NCBI GenBank assembly: GCA_903813345.2
Contig: CAIIXF020000001.1
Span: forward strand, 22,320,001 to 22,384,000
Direction of reading: 5' to 3'
DNA length: 64,000 nucleotides
Origin: Owenia fusiformis
Lineage: Eukaryota
The notes below the pieces were generated by a model. That model ran no database searches and was not told where the DNA came from. It was given only the letters and a program-made list of their open reading frames with translations. The position numbers and the translations under genes were made by a program. Below are positions 1 through 11,064 of this stretch, piece after piece (positions within the stretch are counted from its first letter, which is position 1; every line of letters begins with the position of its first letter).

Positions 1-589
1 TTCATGAGTATAATCCTTCAAAATATCAAGGGCATTCAGGATGTCAGATGTATGCCTTTTTAGGAGACATTTTAGTGATAGGATATTACAAAGTTGTATT
101 TTTCTCTTTCTCATGATATAATTTTGTCTGCAAATGTGTCTGTGTTGTCTTTGTGATTATAAAACATTTACTGATTGAATCTTAGCTATCATAACAGACC
201 CATGGGATGCAAAACAGTTAAGACGTGTTCATAATCCAAATCAAAAACATCCAGTTAATTTACAATGAGGATAAACCAATTATCTCCCAGATTCTCATCT
301 TTCTCATAATCCAAATCAAAAACATTCTTCTTGATTCACACCTTTCTCTTAATCCAAACATAAAATATTCAGTTCTTTTCTAATAGGAAAAACCAATTAA
401 CTCCTGTACTCACACCTTTCCAAAACATCCTGTTGTTTTCCACAATTAGGGATGTCTCTGAGACTAAATAAGTTAATTATGACAATATTGGTTCTTTGAT
501 TACATTGTATATGTAAAGATAAATAACAACTATAACATTGGCTCAATATGTGGCTATTATTGAAATGTCCACACATTTGATTTCTGATA

Positions 590-777
590 AAAATGTTCAG
601 ATTAGACAGGTCACTTTTTCAAATCTGGTATTTCACTGTTCAGATTAGGAGGTGTTCAGATTTCAAGTTTTTTTTAACATGGGAGTCAATGGGAGGAAAA
701 AATGGGACCGAAAAAAACTGTTCAAATTGGAAGGTGTTCGGATTAGACAGGTGTTCAGATATACAGGTTCTACTGTA
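590..777. repeat. Tc1/pogo-like MITE fragment
   Basis: Repeated GTTC(A/G)GATTAGACAGGT units ending in GGTTCTACTG|TA. Only one terminus is visible. Confidence 0.45.
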
Positions 778-3486
778 TAGCAACATTACATGCATTATGT
801 AAGAATTTCTAAATATACATTAGAAATACCATCTCACTGTATAACTATGACCCATCTTGTGTTAATCTCTCGGAATGAGGAGTAGAAATAGATTTTATGG
901 AAAGTTTGAAAATGCAAAATAATTCTGAATACTTATAATGAAAATGTACCTTGGTTACATCTAATAACAATGTCTCTTACAAAAGTAGCATAAAAATATA
1001 GCTCAAAACATAATGTTACATACCTTTATCATAACATACATGTACAACCTCTGCTTATGCAGGTATCGTCTCAAAATTCATTCAGAATTTGAAAATACAT
1101 GTGATGGAAACTAAACATGGCCGCCAACACTGTACAAAAAGACCTTTACATGTATTAGCAATGACCAACCATTTTTTCAAACTGAAAAAATATCATCAAA
1201 CTGTACATTTTTGGAAAGCTTGGAGTGTGAGTAGTATAATACAATAAGAACCAATCTTCTATCTTGTTGCATTAAATATTAATGAGGGTCCAAAGAAGGC
1301 AACCCTCAAAAACCCTGTTTTCTTTTTTTCTCAAAAAGTGGCTAAAAATGACCCCAACTTAAACAAGCTATAATGTCATCACTATTTCAGCTAAAGCTTT
1401 GTGAAATGGCTCATTTAATAGTGCAATGTCATCCCTTTACTCCACTTTTTACAGAATGACTCTATCTGGAACAGGATAAAAGATATACCCATGAATAGCT
1501 AGCTACCTCACACGTTTTTCAACAATTTTACAGAAAATTTGTCAAACTTATATCATAAAGGATATAAGTTTTCGCTTTTCGCTATTCCGCTGAATAGAAA
1601 AAAGTAGTATTCAAAAATGAATGTAGTCCCAACACAATTGTGATCATGACGAGTCAGTAAGCTAGTATGTAGGCACAGTTGTAATCTTTTTGCAATGGCA
1701 ACATGACATTTCTTCTGAAAATGCGTTTATTTGGGTTATCTGAAGGAAAATTTCGAGTCAAGTGGCGTATTAATTTTGCCTTCATTTTTGTGAATTTCAA
1801 TTTGTGTCTGCAGAGAGAGGGGGTAGTGTCACAATTGACCAATTATTTCAAAAAGTAGATGATTGGCCCCTATTGAGTTTAGTGTCAAGATGTAGCTTAG
1901 ACATAGCTTTAGAACCTCAGATAGGCCAGTGAGGCCACATAAATCCATAACTCGAGATAAAAAGTCAGGCGTTTGCCCTTTTGCCCATTGACTAGTATGG
2001 TGACGTGAATTAGGGCAGTTTTGCCAAATAGCCAACAGATCACCTTTATATTACATCAAAATGCAAAACATTCCTCGTAGATTGATATTATTGCTATCCT
2101 ATATTGATTTTCTCAAGTTAAAGTGCGCAAATCGAATGTGACAATTCCCACATGTGAATATTCGCTCCGCCATATTGAATTATTACAGGGAAATTTAATG
2201 CTCATTTGAGACCAGATTTCTCTATTTTTGCTTTATATTATTCACAAATCAATCGAACATTCATGATGGGTACATATTTAACCCGATTTGGAGGATATAT
2301 TTAATCACGAGCCGCCGCCGAAAACGCAAAATAATCGCAAATGAAAACTTACCAGTCAATTTTCTGTCATATTTATCATGTCAATTTGACTTTTGCACTC
2401 ATTTGCAGCAACTATTACCTCTTTACTAACAATCCGGCACATAAAATTAGGGATCTATTATGTTTATCTGGGAGAAAAACCACGAGCCAAATCATGTCTA
2501 TTTGTGGGGTCAAGTTTCTGACCAACTTTTTTTTCGCGCCAAAACGCGCCACCTATACGTTGGTCATTGCTACATCATGTATGCTATTCCCAGGAAACAT
2601 TTCCCACACTATCACAGTTCGGGGTACAGAAAACGTTTGTACCTAGCCATGCGGAATGTATTCGACGATATTACCCCTGCTTTTCGGTAAATCTGGTTCC
2701 TTAATGAATTTTGAATCTTAAATGAGATTCCACTTGACGATGCGCGCCAATTGCAGAATTGAAAAGCGCAAGCTACATTTTTATGTTTCTTACTTCACTG
2801 TGGCTAGTCGATCTATGTGGATGCAGTCATTTATATGTAATGTATTGTGGGTACTCGCGTACATTATAGGGAATGGGATCATTGCAAAAATATGACAGCA
2901 AATCGAGGTAAGTGATCTCAGAGTTTCTATTTAACATTGTGACTTGAAATCTTGCACACATATTCAATATACATAGTATGACAATGTGTGAAAGTTTCAG
3001 CTAGCATATTCCTGTTATAGGGAAGATATTTGAAAAACATTTCGTAAACGTCAACATATATGTATAAAATGGATGCACCTATGTATCATTTGGATTCAGA
3101 ACGGTAACAAATGGATGCTTTAATAAATTATACTTTTATCATGATGGTTTATTTACTGATGGACAACTGGCCAGATTTTCTTTGTATCCATTGTTTGGAT
3201 AAACATTCCTCATTCAGTAAAGTAATTAGCCACCCCATTATAAGTAGTCTAAAGGCACCCTCATGAAAAATTGAAAATACTATATATAAACCCATCAACT
3301 GGAAAATGCCATTACAGATGAAATAAAGGACCCACGGTCCTGTGCTCACATAGTGTAGAACCTACAGAGGAAGGAATGTATATCCTGATTTACAAACAAA
3401 AGTATTGGTAAATATGAGATCAATTAAAGATGAGTCCTTTGTTGTTGGTTCAGATATGATTTGTTGTAGTCAAAAGAAAAACTATG

Positions 3487-4364
3487 AATTTGACCTAGGC
3501 CTTTTAGTGTTCAAATTTTGAAGGAAAGTAGATTTTGAGAGACGGCTTCTATTGTAGATTCTTCTTAAGTTGGCTACATCCAAGCTGTATCTAGTGTTGT
3601 GTTGTTACAATTGATAATTTTCTCAAGCCCCAATGACTTAACATGGGATACCAAAATAGCGATTTTTGAGATTTCAAAAAATGCCATAACTTCCGAACGG
3701 GAAGTCGGATCAAAATTTGGTTTGCAGATTCGGATTCCTTGGACAATTTTACACATATTTCATAACTTATACATTGAATTCCAAGAACTTTTTATTGTAA
3801 CCTACTTTTCGGATGCCATATCTCAAAAACGGTAAGAGTGATCAAAAACAACTTGCCTGTAGGGATTAGCTTTTTTCCAAGGAACATGATTAAAAAAACT
3901 GAGCAAAAATATTCAAGGACGACTGAGAAAATCGAAAAAAATGACAAAGTACTGGATTTGACCTAGTTCTTGACCTTTGACCTGGTTTAAACCTGATTAC
4001 ACCCAGATCTGGACTTGGACCTGAACTGGACCTTGACTTGGACCTGGACTTGGACCTGGAAATGGACTGGACTGGTATTTTTTCAATCTTTTCATCACTT
4101 CTCTTGACTTTCTATAAGGCTATCATAAGATCGATTTTCGCGAAATTTAAAAATCAGCAATTTCTCGGAAACCGGGCGAACTTGGGAAATGGCGATGATA
4201 GGTCAAATAGACATTATGGATATGCATAAAATGAATGTGGAAATGACTCAATCCGAAGGGCAGTTTTAATTTGTGCAACCAATGTTGACAGACGGACGGA
4301 CCAACGGACGGACGGACCAACGGACGGACGCCTGGTCGACCCCATAGTCTCACTGTGTGAGCCA
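3487..4364 (+). mobile_element. Helentron/DINE-1-like (HINE) non-autonomous element nested in the Transib-like element
   Basis: Internal (GACCTT/GACTTG)n repeats, GACG/GACA microsatellite at about 4287-4330 and a 3' hairpin CTCACTGTGTGAG followed by an A-run. AAAACTATG is present on both flanks (3478-3486, 4365-4373). Confidence 0.65.
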
Positions 4365-4519
4365 AAAACTATGGTTTTATCGCTGATACTGTTAATTTGA
4401 AAAACGGGTCCATAACATGTAATGATGACAATGAAAATGTTGAAATTAGGTACGCTAATGAAGTGAATTCAGAGCAAAAGACCCATCGACCCACTGGAAT
4501 ACCCACAAATCAAGTTTCA

Positions 4520-5095
4520 TAGCCTTGCCAAAGTCGGTCTATTTTACTTATCTTGATTTCTATTATGACTGCCTTGTACCCAAGAGAAAGCCATGTGCTT
4601 TACCGACCCAATGTTTTTGTCGGTAAAATTTGACAAATCAACGACGGCCCTACTTTGCCTGACTAGGTCTTCATGCATTCCCATCGCGAATTAAGTTTTG
4701 ATTTTGAATCAACATTAAATTGCATGATTTCATTTAGACGAGTATTAATGACTGCTTACATTCCAATGTACATTTAATAACATAATATATTGTAACTCTC
4801 AAGAAACACTCGATCAGATCATTGAATTTCAAGTCCTAGACGGGTAGTTTGCTTTTTTATGCAGGTCAACCTGATAACGTTTTGATTGGTCAATCAGCCT
4901 GAAGTCACACATTGTGTCCATGTCCATATTGTCAATCAATATGGTTTTGCGATACCCTTAGGTAGCCTAGGTATTATGGGAATCTCGGAACCACTGAATA
5001 AGTTAGCATAATATCAGCGATGATACATTGGATTGTACAAGGTGGTAATAATTCAAGATCAGATAAGTAAATAAATACCGACTTGGGCAAGGCTA
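4520..5095. mobile_element. MITE nested in the Transib-like element
   Basis: Imperfect TIRs of about 60 bp (TAGCCTTGCCAAAGTCGGT... / ...ACCGACTTGGGCAAGGCTA). 9-bp TSD with one mismatch: CAAGTTTCA 4511-4519, CCAGTTTCA 5096-5104. Confidence 0.75.
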
Positions 5096-6339
5096 CCAGT
5101 TTCAGAGCCATTTACATTCCTTGAAGGTGGCAATGAGCAGCCAACAGATGGACCATCCGTAAATCTTGATGATTTTGTCAGCTCAGCTGAACGAGCCTCC
5201 AGATTCCTTGAAACAAATGACCATAATTCAAGAATAATATTATCTATTTACAATTTTTTTAAATCGTGGTAAGTGGAATTTTTCCAATTACCAATACAGC
5301 ATTATTATTGTTTTCAGACACTGTTGATTAAAATATTAAAAATACACACATTCAAAATGATTCAATTGAAATCTAACCAGTCTGTTCAATGAATCCAATC
5401 AGAACGTCTTCTAATCCACATGATACATCATAATTAAATTGCTTTTTTAAAGCTGATATTTCATACCATAACTCCATATTATAGAACGCATTGTATTTGT
5501 ATTTTACTTCACACAGACATATATGTATTGTATGTGAAATAATTATATTACTTGACTTTTTTATTCCCCATTACAAGGTAAACCTATGGCAAATTATACA
5601 TACCTTCTCACAGCTATGAGCGAGATGATAAAACTGGTCAAGTGAACTCGTTTCAGTTATCTATTCTCCGTAAAACTATCAGCGAATGTGTGTTTATAGC
5701 GTAGCTGTGGTTTTGTAAATCAATGAAGTATGATATACACGGATGAGTAAATATAGATTATTTAAACAGAAGTGCAAAATTCTTCCATTGAAAAGTACAG
5801 AGGCGGGTACTCACGAAACATTACATGTGCCTGACTGCATCCACATAGATCGACTAGCCACAGTGTACTTGGTGAGTTAGTTTCTAAAAAAAGATTTTTC
5901 GGACTTCAGTTGGGTCACTCTCTGTTGCTTGTTCATCCTTCTGCCTGTTAATCCTGTTTTGATTATCTACCTTCTTGACACCGTTGTCTATCCTGCTGCG
6001 CACAATGCACATATCAGCAAAAGGTGTTCAATGAATATAGAGAATACCTTAACCCGTCCCCTCGTTTGAGAACAACTCGACTAGTTGCAGCCAGACTCAA
6101 CTATGTTTGTTTAAAAAATACCTAGTTATGAAAAATGGATTTACTCTTTCAAATAAAAGGTTTACATTCATGGGCGTGGCCAGGCATAAGGCAGGAAATA
6201 CTTATTCAGTTTTTTTCAGATAAAACTTTGAAAGTGAGGTCACAGGGTAGTATAATTTTACCTTTAAATTACGCCTCTCTGAACTTGACTTTTCCCAGCT
6301 ATATGAATTTGATGATGTTAATTTAGGCTATGCATATTT

Positions 6340-7780
6340 TATTGAAAAAATTCAAAGTCTCTATAATGAATGCTTCCCGATAACTCCTAAATGTATTAAA
6401 TATCACTTCAACAATAAAAAATCTTACAAAAAGTATAAACGCATTCTAAGGCAAACTATTCAACATGCAGAAAAACTACATTACAAAAATTTTGATCAAA
6501 CATCTGGTAATATAAAAGACACCTGGACACACATTAATGAAATATTAAACAGATGAAAGAAATTGCAAATATCACTTGATAAATTTATACATAATAATAA
6601 AACAGTTACTAATCCCAAAGAAATGGCTAATGGTTTTAATGATTATTTTGTCAATGTTTTAAATAATTTGGCAAAAACATACATAATTCTCATAAAACAT
6701 TTCAACATTATTTGAATAAAATGTCTACTTCTTTAAGCCAAAGTTTATATCTATGACGTGTAACTTTTGACGAAATAAAATCAATTTTAGATAATTTGAA
6801 AGATAAATCTGCTGGAATTGATGATATAAAGCCTATAGTTATCAAAAATAGGAACTTGCTATCCTTGCATATTTGGCTTCAGAAAAAATAGTTCAACTTA
6901 CTTGGCTATTCTTTCTTTTTAAGAAAATTTACTCAGCATTAGATGATAAACAGTTCTCTATTGGCATATTCTTGGACCTCAGTAAAGCATTTGATACTAT
7001 TAATCATGACATTTTATTATCTAAACTCAATTTTTGTTGTATTAGAGGAAAAGCTAATGATTGGTTCAGAAGTTATCTAAATAATCGAAAACAAGTTACT
7101 TTATATTGAGATAATAATATTAAATCTCAGGAACAGTCAATCACATGTGGAGTTCCACAGGCACTACCTATTTTGTTTATTATATATCAATGACATTATG
7201 TGTTCAAATTCTTTGTTAAAGTTGTTTTTGCAGATGATACAAACATCTTGTGAATTAAATTGTGAACTCTATAAAATTGATGATTGGTTTTGTGCTAATA
7301 AGCTATCTCTTAATGTACAGAAGACTGAATTCATGATATAAAATTATACAACCTGCAAACATAAAGTTCCACCAAATATTGAAATCAAACTAAGAAATAA
7401 TTTAATAGAGAGACTTCAATCAATCAATTTCGCAGGGATAATTATTGATGAGGATTTAAACTGGAAGGAACATATGAAAAAATATCACTTAAAATATCAA
7501 AACTCATCGGGATACTATTTGAAAGTAGACATAAGCTAAATAGAAAAACACTACTATCGATTTACTATTCTCTTATATACTTCAAGAATGTATATGTGCT
7601 TGGGGAAATGCAGGCAAAACTGCGACGAGTTCAATATTTAAACTACAAAAACGTTTTTTAAGAATTATTACTTATAGCGAAAATAGGGAACATACCGGGC
7701 CGGCCATTCTTTAAACAAAAATTCTAAAATTTACAGACATATATAACTTAATATTCTACTACTAACTTACAAATGTATTA
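6340..7780 (+). mobile_element. Degraded CR1/L2-group LINE, reverse transcriptase fragment
   Basis: RT motifs in broken frames: IGIFLDLSKAFDTINHDILLSKL, WFRSYLNNRKQ, GVPQ, LLYIND, FADDT, WFCANKLSLNVQKT. Many stops and frameshifts; boundaries approximate. Confidence 0.88.
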
Positions 7781-9180
7781 ACATTTTATAGACTTCTTTG
7801 ACTGCGCCCCTGACATTATTATACCGAAGTTAACATTCTCATGAGTATCTGTTCAAAGTATCCCTTTAATGTATGAGCCATCATATTATGATGGTTATAC
7901 ATGTTTAATATCAGGTTATCAAAATAGATGTAGAATTTGCACTGAACGAAAGTTTTGAGTGATGGATGATGGCCAGCTTCAAGGTGCATCTGATTTGATA
8001 TTAGGCCTGTAGTAATGCATAAAACCAATTTAAATGTGAAAATATTCAAGGTTCTCATATATGTTTGGTTCTGATAGGGAGAGTATGGAGTTTCCAAGAC
8101 GGTCTATCCTCCGAACGCAGTGTTCCAGACATCATCTATTGTGTATTGTGTTCCTTTATTCTTCCAGCAAGAAGGAGGTTCGAGTTCAGGACGCCTGTGT
8201 TCGGAAAATGAGCCGGTCCCTCTGCATCTATTCATGGTTTATAGGAGCGAACACCAGCTTGCCAATACATTTAAAAATCATTCGAAAGATCTAGGATGAA
8301 GAAAAGGATTAATTGTCGCTGTGGCTCGAGGAGTAATAAATAAAATCGTTAATATATATCCATTTTATTAGCCTAAAATATGTCTTTCGGTGAATGGTTT
8401 AGAGATCAATTTTAGCAATAATGAAATGTGGAATGAATCTGTAAAAATTGCCGATTTTAATAGTAACCAAAGAAATACGTTCCAAAAAAGCAAGATAAAC
8501 AAAACCAGATGAAGTGACATTAGTACATATCAAAACTTCCCAGTCATGTTAAATAATATTTATGCAGATTAGCTGACGCAATGACTAGTTCTTGGTTTAT
8601 TACCAGATTTCCGCTCTTTACCCGTTCCAAAATCGTATCCCAGGTAATCCGCCGAATCGTTAGATTAGGAAATTCACAGAACCGATTTGATATACCAATG
8701 ATATAGACGGTTATTAAGATTGTTGTAAAATCGGGTTTGGACTGCTCAAACAAATTCGCTCATGCCCTTTGTATCTTAAAACTTCTGAATGCACATCAAC
8801 CATATTTCAAATGCGTCTTATTTTTGCAAGCCGTTGTAACAACGTTGGCCAAAGGGTGGAAATCAAGATAATGTTTCTGAAGAATATGTTGGAGTGTTGG
8901 TTGGCCTTTGCGTATCTTAGATTTTGATTGACTACACGTAAACTTACTTGCTTGATGCAGAAAATTACACTGTACAAGAAATGACTTTCTGAAGTCGGTT
9001 GAATACCGTAATCCTTGTATTGCCGAGATCACAGAAAAGAGGAGAAAACATTGGATTTGACCTAGTTAGATCCATTGCCACAACATAAATCCAAATATAT
9101 GAACGGATAACCGTATTTTTGTATCTAACCAATCGAGTCGCATACCTTGACCGAGGCCTTTCATTGAAAAATAAGTACTG

Positions 9181-9270
9181 GATAAAGCATAAGAATGAGA
9201 TTTTATAAGAAATAATACACCGAAGGCCTGAGGTTATTATTTCTTATCAAATCGAATTCGAATGCTTTAT
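9181..9270. repeat. Short palindromic (hairpin) repeat
   Basis: Imperfect inverted arms GATAAAGCAT...ATAAGAAATAATA / TTATTTCTTAT...ATGCTTTATC. Confidence 0.5.
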
Positions 9271-9939
9271 CTTACTTAAATCACACACATTCTTATTACA
9301 GGTAAATGGTATATTGCAGGTAAATGGTCAATGATCTAATCTGGAAAATTTTATTTCTTTTGTGTTGACTGTTCATGTAGGGGTAAGTGGTTTGATACAT
9401 GTAAGTGAGTGAGTTCTTTTGAGTTGACTGTTCATGTAGTTATATAGCCAATTAATTGTAACAACAAAAAGAGTTGGTCGCATTGACCTCATGAGTGTGA
9501 GTTGATGTAAGTGACTGAGTGGGCTATAATTAGTCTAGCTTCAGTGCACTAGGTGACTGTCCAGTCCAGAACATTGCATTTGAATACAGCAGAATATTTG
9601 TAAGTAAGATAAGATCAATGATGTAGATAACAACAAAAATTGATAAATTGTTTTATTCTAAAGAATGCACAGTAACAAGAGAAGGGTACATGTATTTTTG
9701 TATATTGTTTTTAGGGAATGAAAACTATCAAAAACTGTCAATGGTCATTTATGTCTCACTTGTTTTTGATAGCTTGCCAAGTGTACATTCTTTAAAAACA
9801 ATAGAAAAATAATGCACTTTCCTTTTGATAAAACCATACATTCTTAAAAATAAACCACAGCAAATTCTATTGTGTTGCTACCCAAGTGGGATTTAAAGAC
9901 AAATAAAAAACTTAGTAATTACATATTTTTTCTTTGGGA

Positions 9940-11064
9940 TCATTGAATCTTAAATCCAAGCGATTGAATCACTTCTCTGCAGTCTGTTATATTTTGAATC
10001 ATGTTTAGTTCCACGGGGCTCAACTGGACCATCCATTTAGTCGGGATACTAGTAGAGTTCCTACTCGTTCCATATGTCCCTCCAGAAAAAGTTGACGTGT
10101 TTTTCCCTATCCAATAACGTACTGATTGGTGGAATGGTATGTCCAATGCCTTGTACAGTTTTTGAGCGTTAGTTAGAGTATCATAAGCAAAGTCTTCATA
10201 AATTACCTGTTTGATTAACGGTTTCAGATCAAGCTCTTTCCTCTTGGCTTTCAAATCCTTTATAAAGTTTATATTAGTTAAGCTATTGTAGCAAAGAGAT
10301 TCCATATCTTTTTTCTTAAGTTCCAACGCCAGGTTTTTGTAACTGCGAGTCTCATGATTCCTAGAGTTTAGGATTCCCCTCGGGTCCCTCGCCAAAAAGA
10401 GAATAGCGGTATCCTTCCCAAAGTATGGAGCAATTTGACCAATATTTGCTAAACGAATAATCTTTGAAGCAACAATGTCGCTATCCACACATACCTTAGG
10501 AACATCATTTAGTATTTTCACATTCCGGAAGATGGCTTGCCATCTCCAACCATGCATTGATGTTACTTGCGAAAGATATGAGTTACCACTGAAACGACAA
10601 TTCATGATTTCTTTTAAGAATGCCGGTCCAGCAACTGGCGTATCAATGTCATAACGTTCAACGACTGCCTTGAGAGGCTCGAACATATAAAAGATATTTG
10701 GATTCTGCTTGAACAACTCGGCAAAAAAACTAGAGCCACTCCGCCTGTAGGTTAATATAATTATTTTTGTAATGTTTTGTGCTGTCATTGTCCCTGCACT
10801 TTGAAATTCTCCTTTCGTAGTCGGGATTGTTCTTTTCGAACTGTTATCTTTCGACGCCGGAATGATTATTTTCGAATTCCCAATTTTACTTCCATATCGT
10901 GGGACTGACACCTTCCTCAGTGGAACTGGATCACCAGGGTTTCCAAATGGCTTGGAATATGTCGAACTTATAATATTTATCCCTCCAAACAAAAATCCAA
11001 TTAGTACACCAACAAATGTTAGTGTTATGTAAACAAAAAACTTATTTTTTGTCATTTCTATCAT
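9940..11064 (-). CDS. Golgi carbohydrate sulfotransferase (CHST1/CHST3/GlcNAc6ST-like), single coding exon
   Basis: N-terminal TM helix (FFVYITLTFVGVLIGFLFGGI), 5'-PSB loop TYRRSGSSF, YMFEPL, KIIRL, 3'-PB ARDPRGILNSR and YEDFA. First true ATG at 11064, with a splice acceptor just upstream (about 11110). Confidence 0.92.
   Translation of the reverse strand: MIEMTKNKFFVYITLTFVGVLIGFLFGGINIISSTYSKPFGNPGDPVPLRKVSVPRYGSKIGNSKIIIPASKDNSSKRTIPTTKGEFQSAGTMTAQNITKIIILTYRRSGSSFFAELFKQNPNIFYMFEPLKAVVERYDIDTPVAGPAFLKEIMNCRFSGNSYLSQVTSMHGWRWQAIFRNVKILNDVPKVCVDSDIVASKIIRLANIGQIAPYFGKDTAILFLARDPRGILNSRNHETRSYKNLALELKKKDMESLCYNSLTNINFIKDLKAKRKELDLKPLIKQVIYEDFAYDTLTNAQKLYKALDIPFHQSVRYWIGKNTSTFSGGTYGTSRNSTSIPTKWMVQLSPVELNMIQNITDCREVIQSLGFKIQ

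Larger units (their letters stand above)
2796..5865 (+). mobile_element. Non-autonomous Transib/RAG-like DNA transposon relic
   Basis: Inverted repeats 2796-2858 and 5803-5865. The first 34 bp are perfect (CACTGTGGCTAGTCGATCTATGTGGATGCAGTCA). Exact 5-bp TSD TACTT at 2791-2795 and 5866-5870. Degraded internal + strand ORF with HLCIIW / WPDFLCIHC / W..SCAHI.CRTYRGR motifs. Confidence 0.8.

Noticed and set aside
3260-3400. Kelch-like (RAG2-like) reading KILYINPSTGKC...CSHS...MYILI
   Set aside because: Contains a stop, lacks the GG motif, and overlaps the better-supported zinc-domain reading in other frames.
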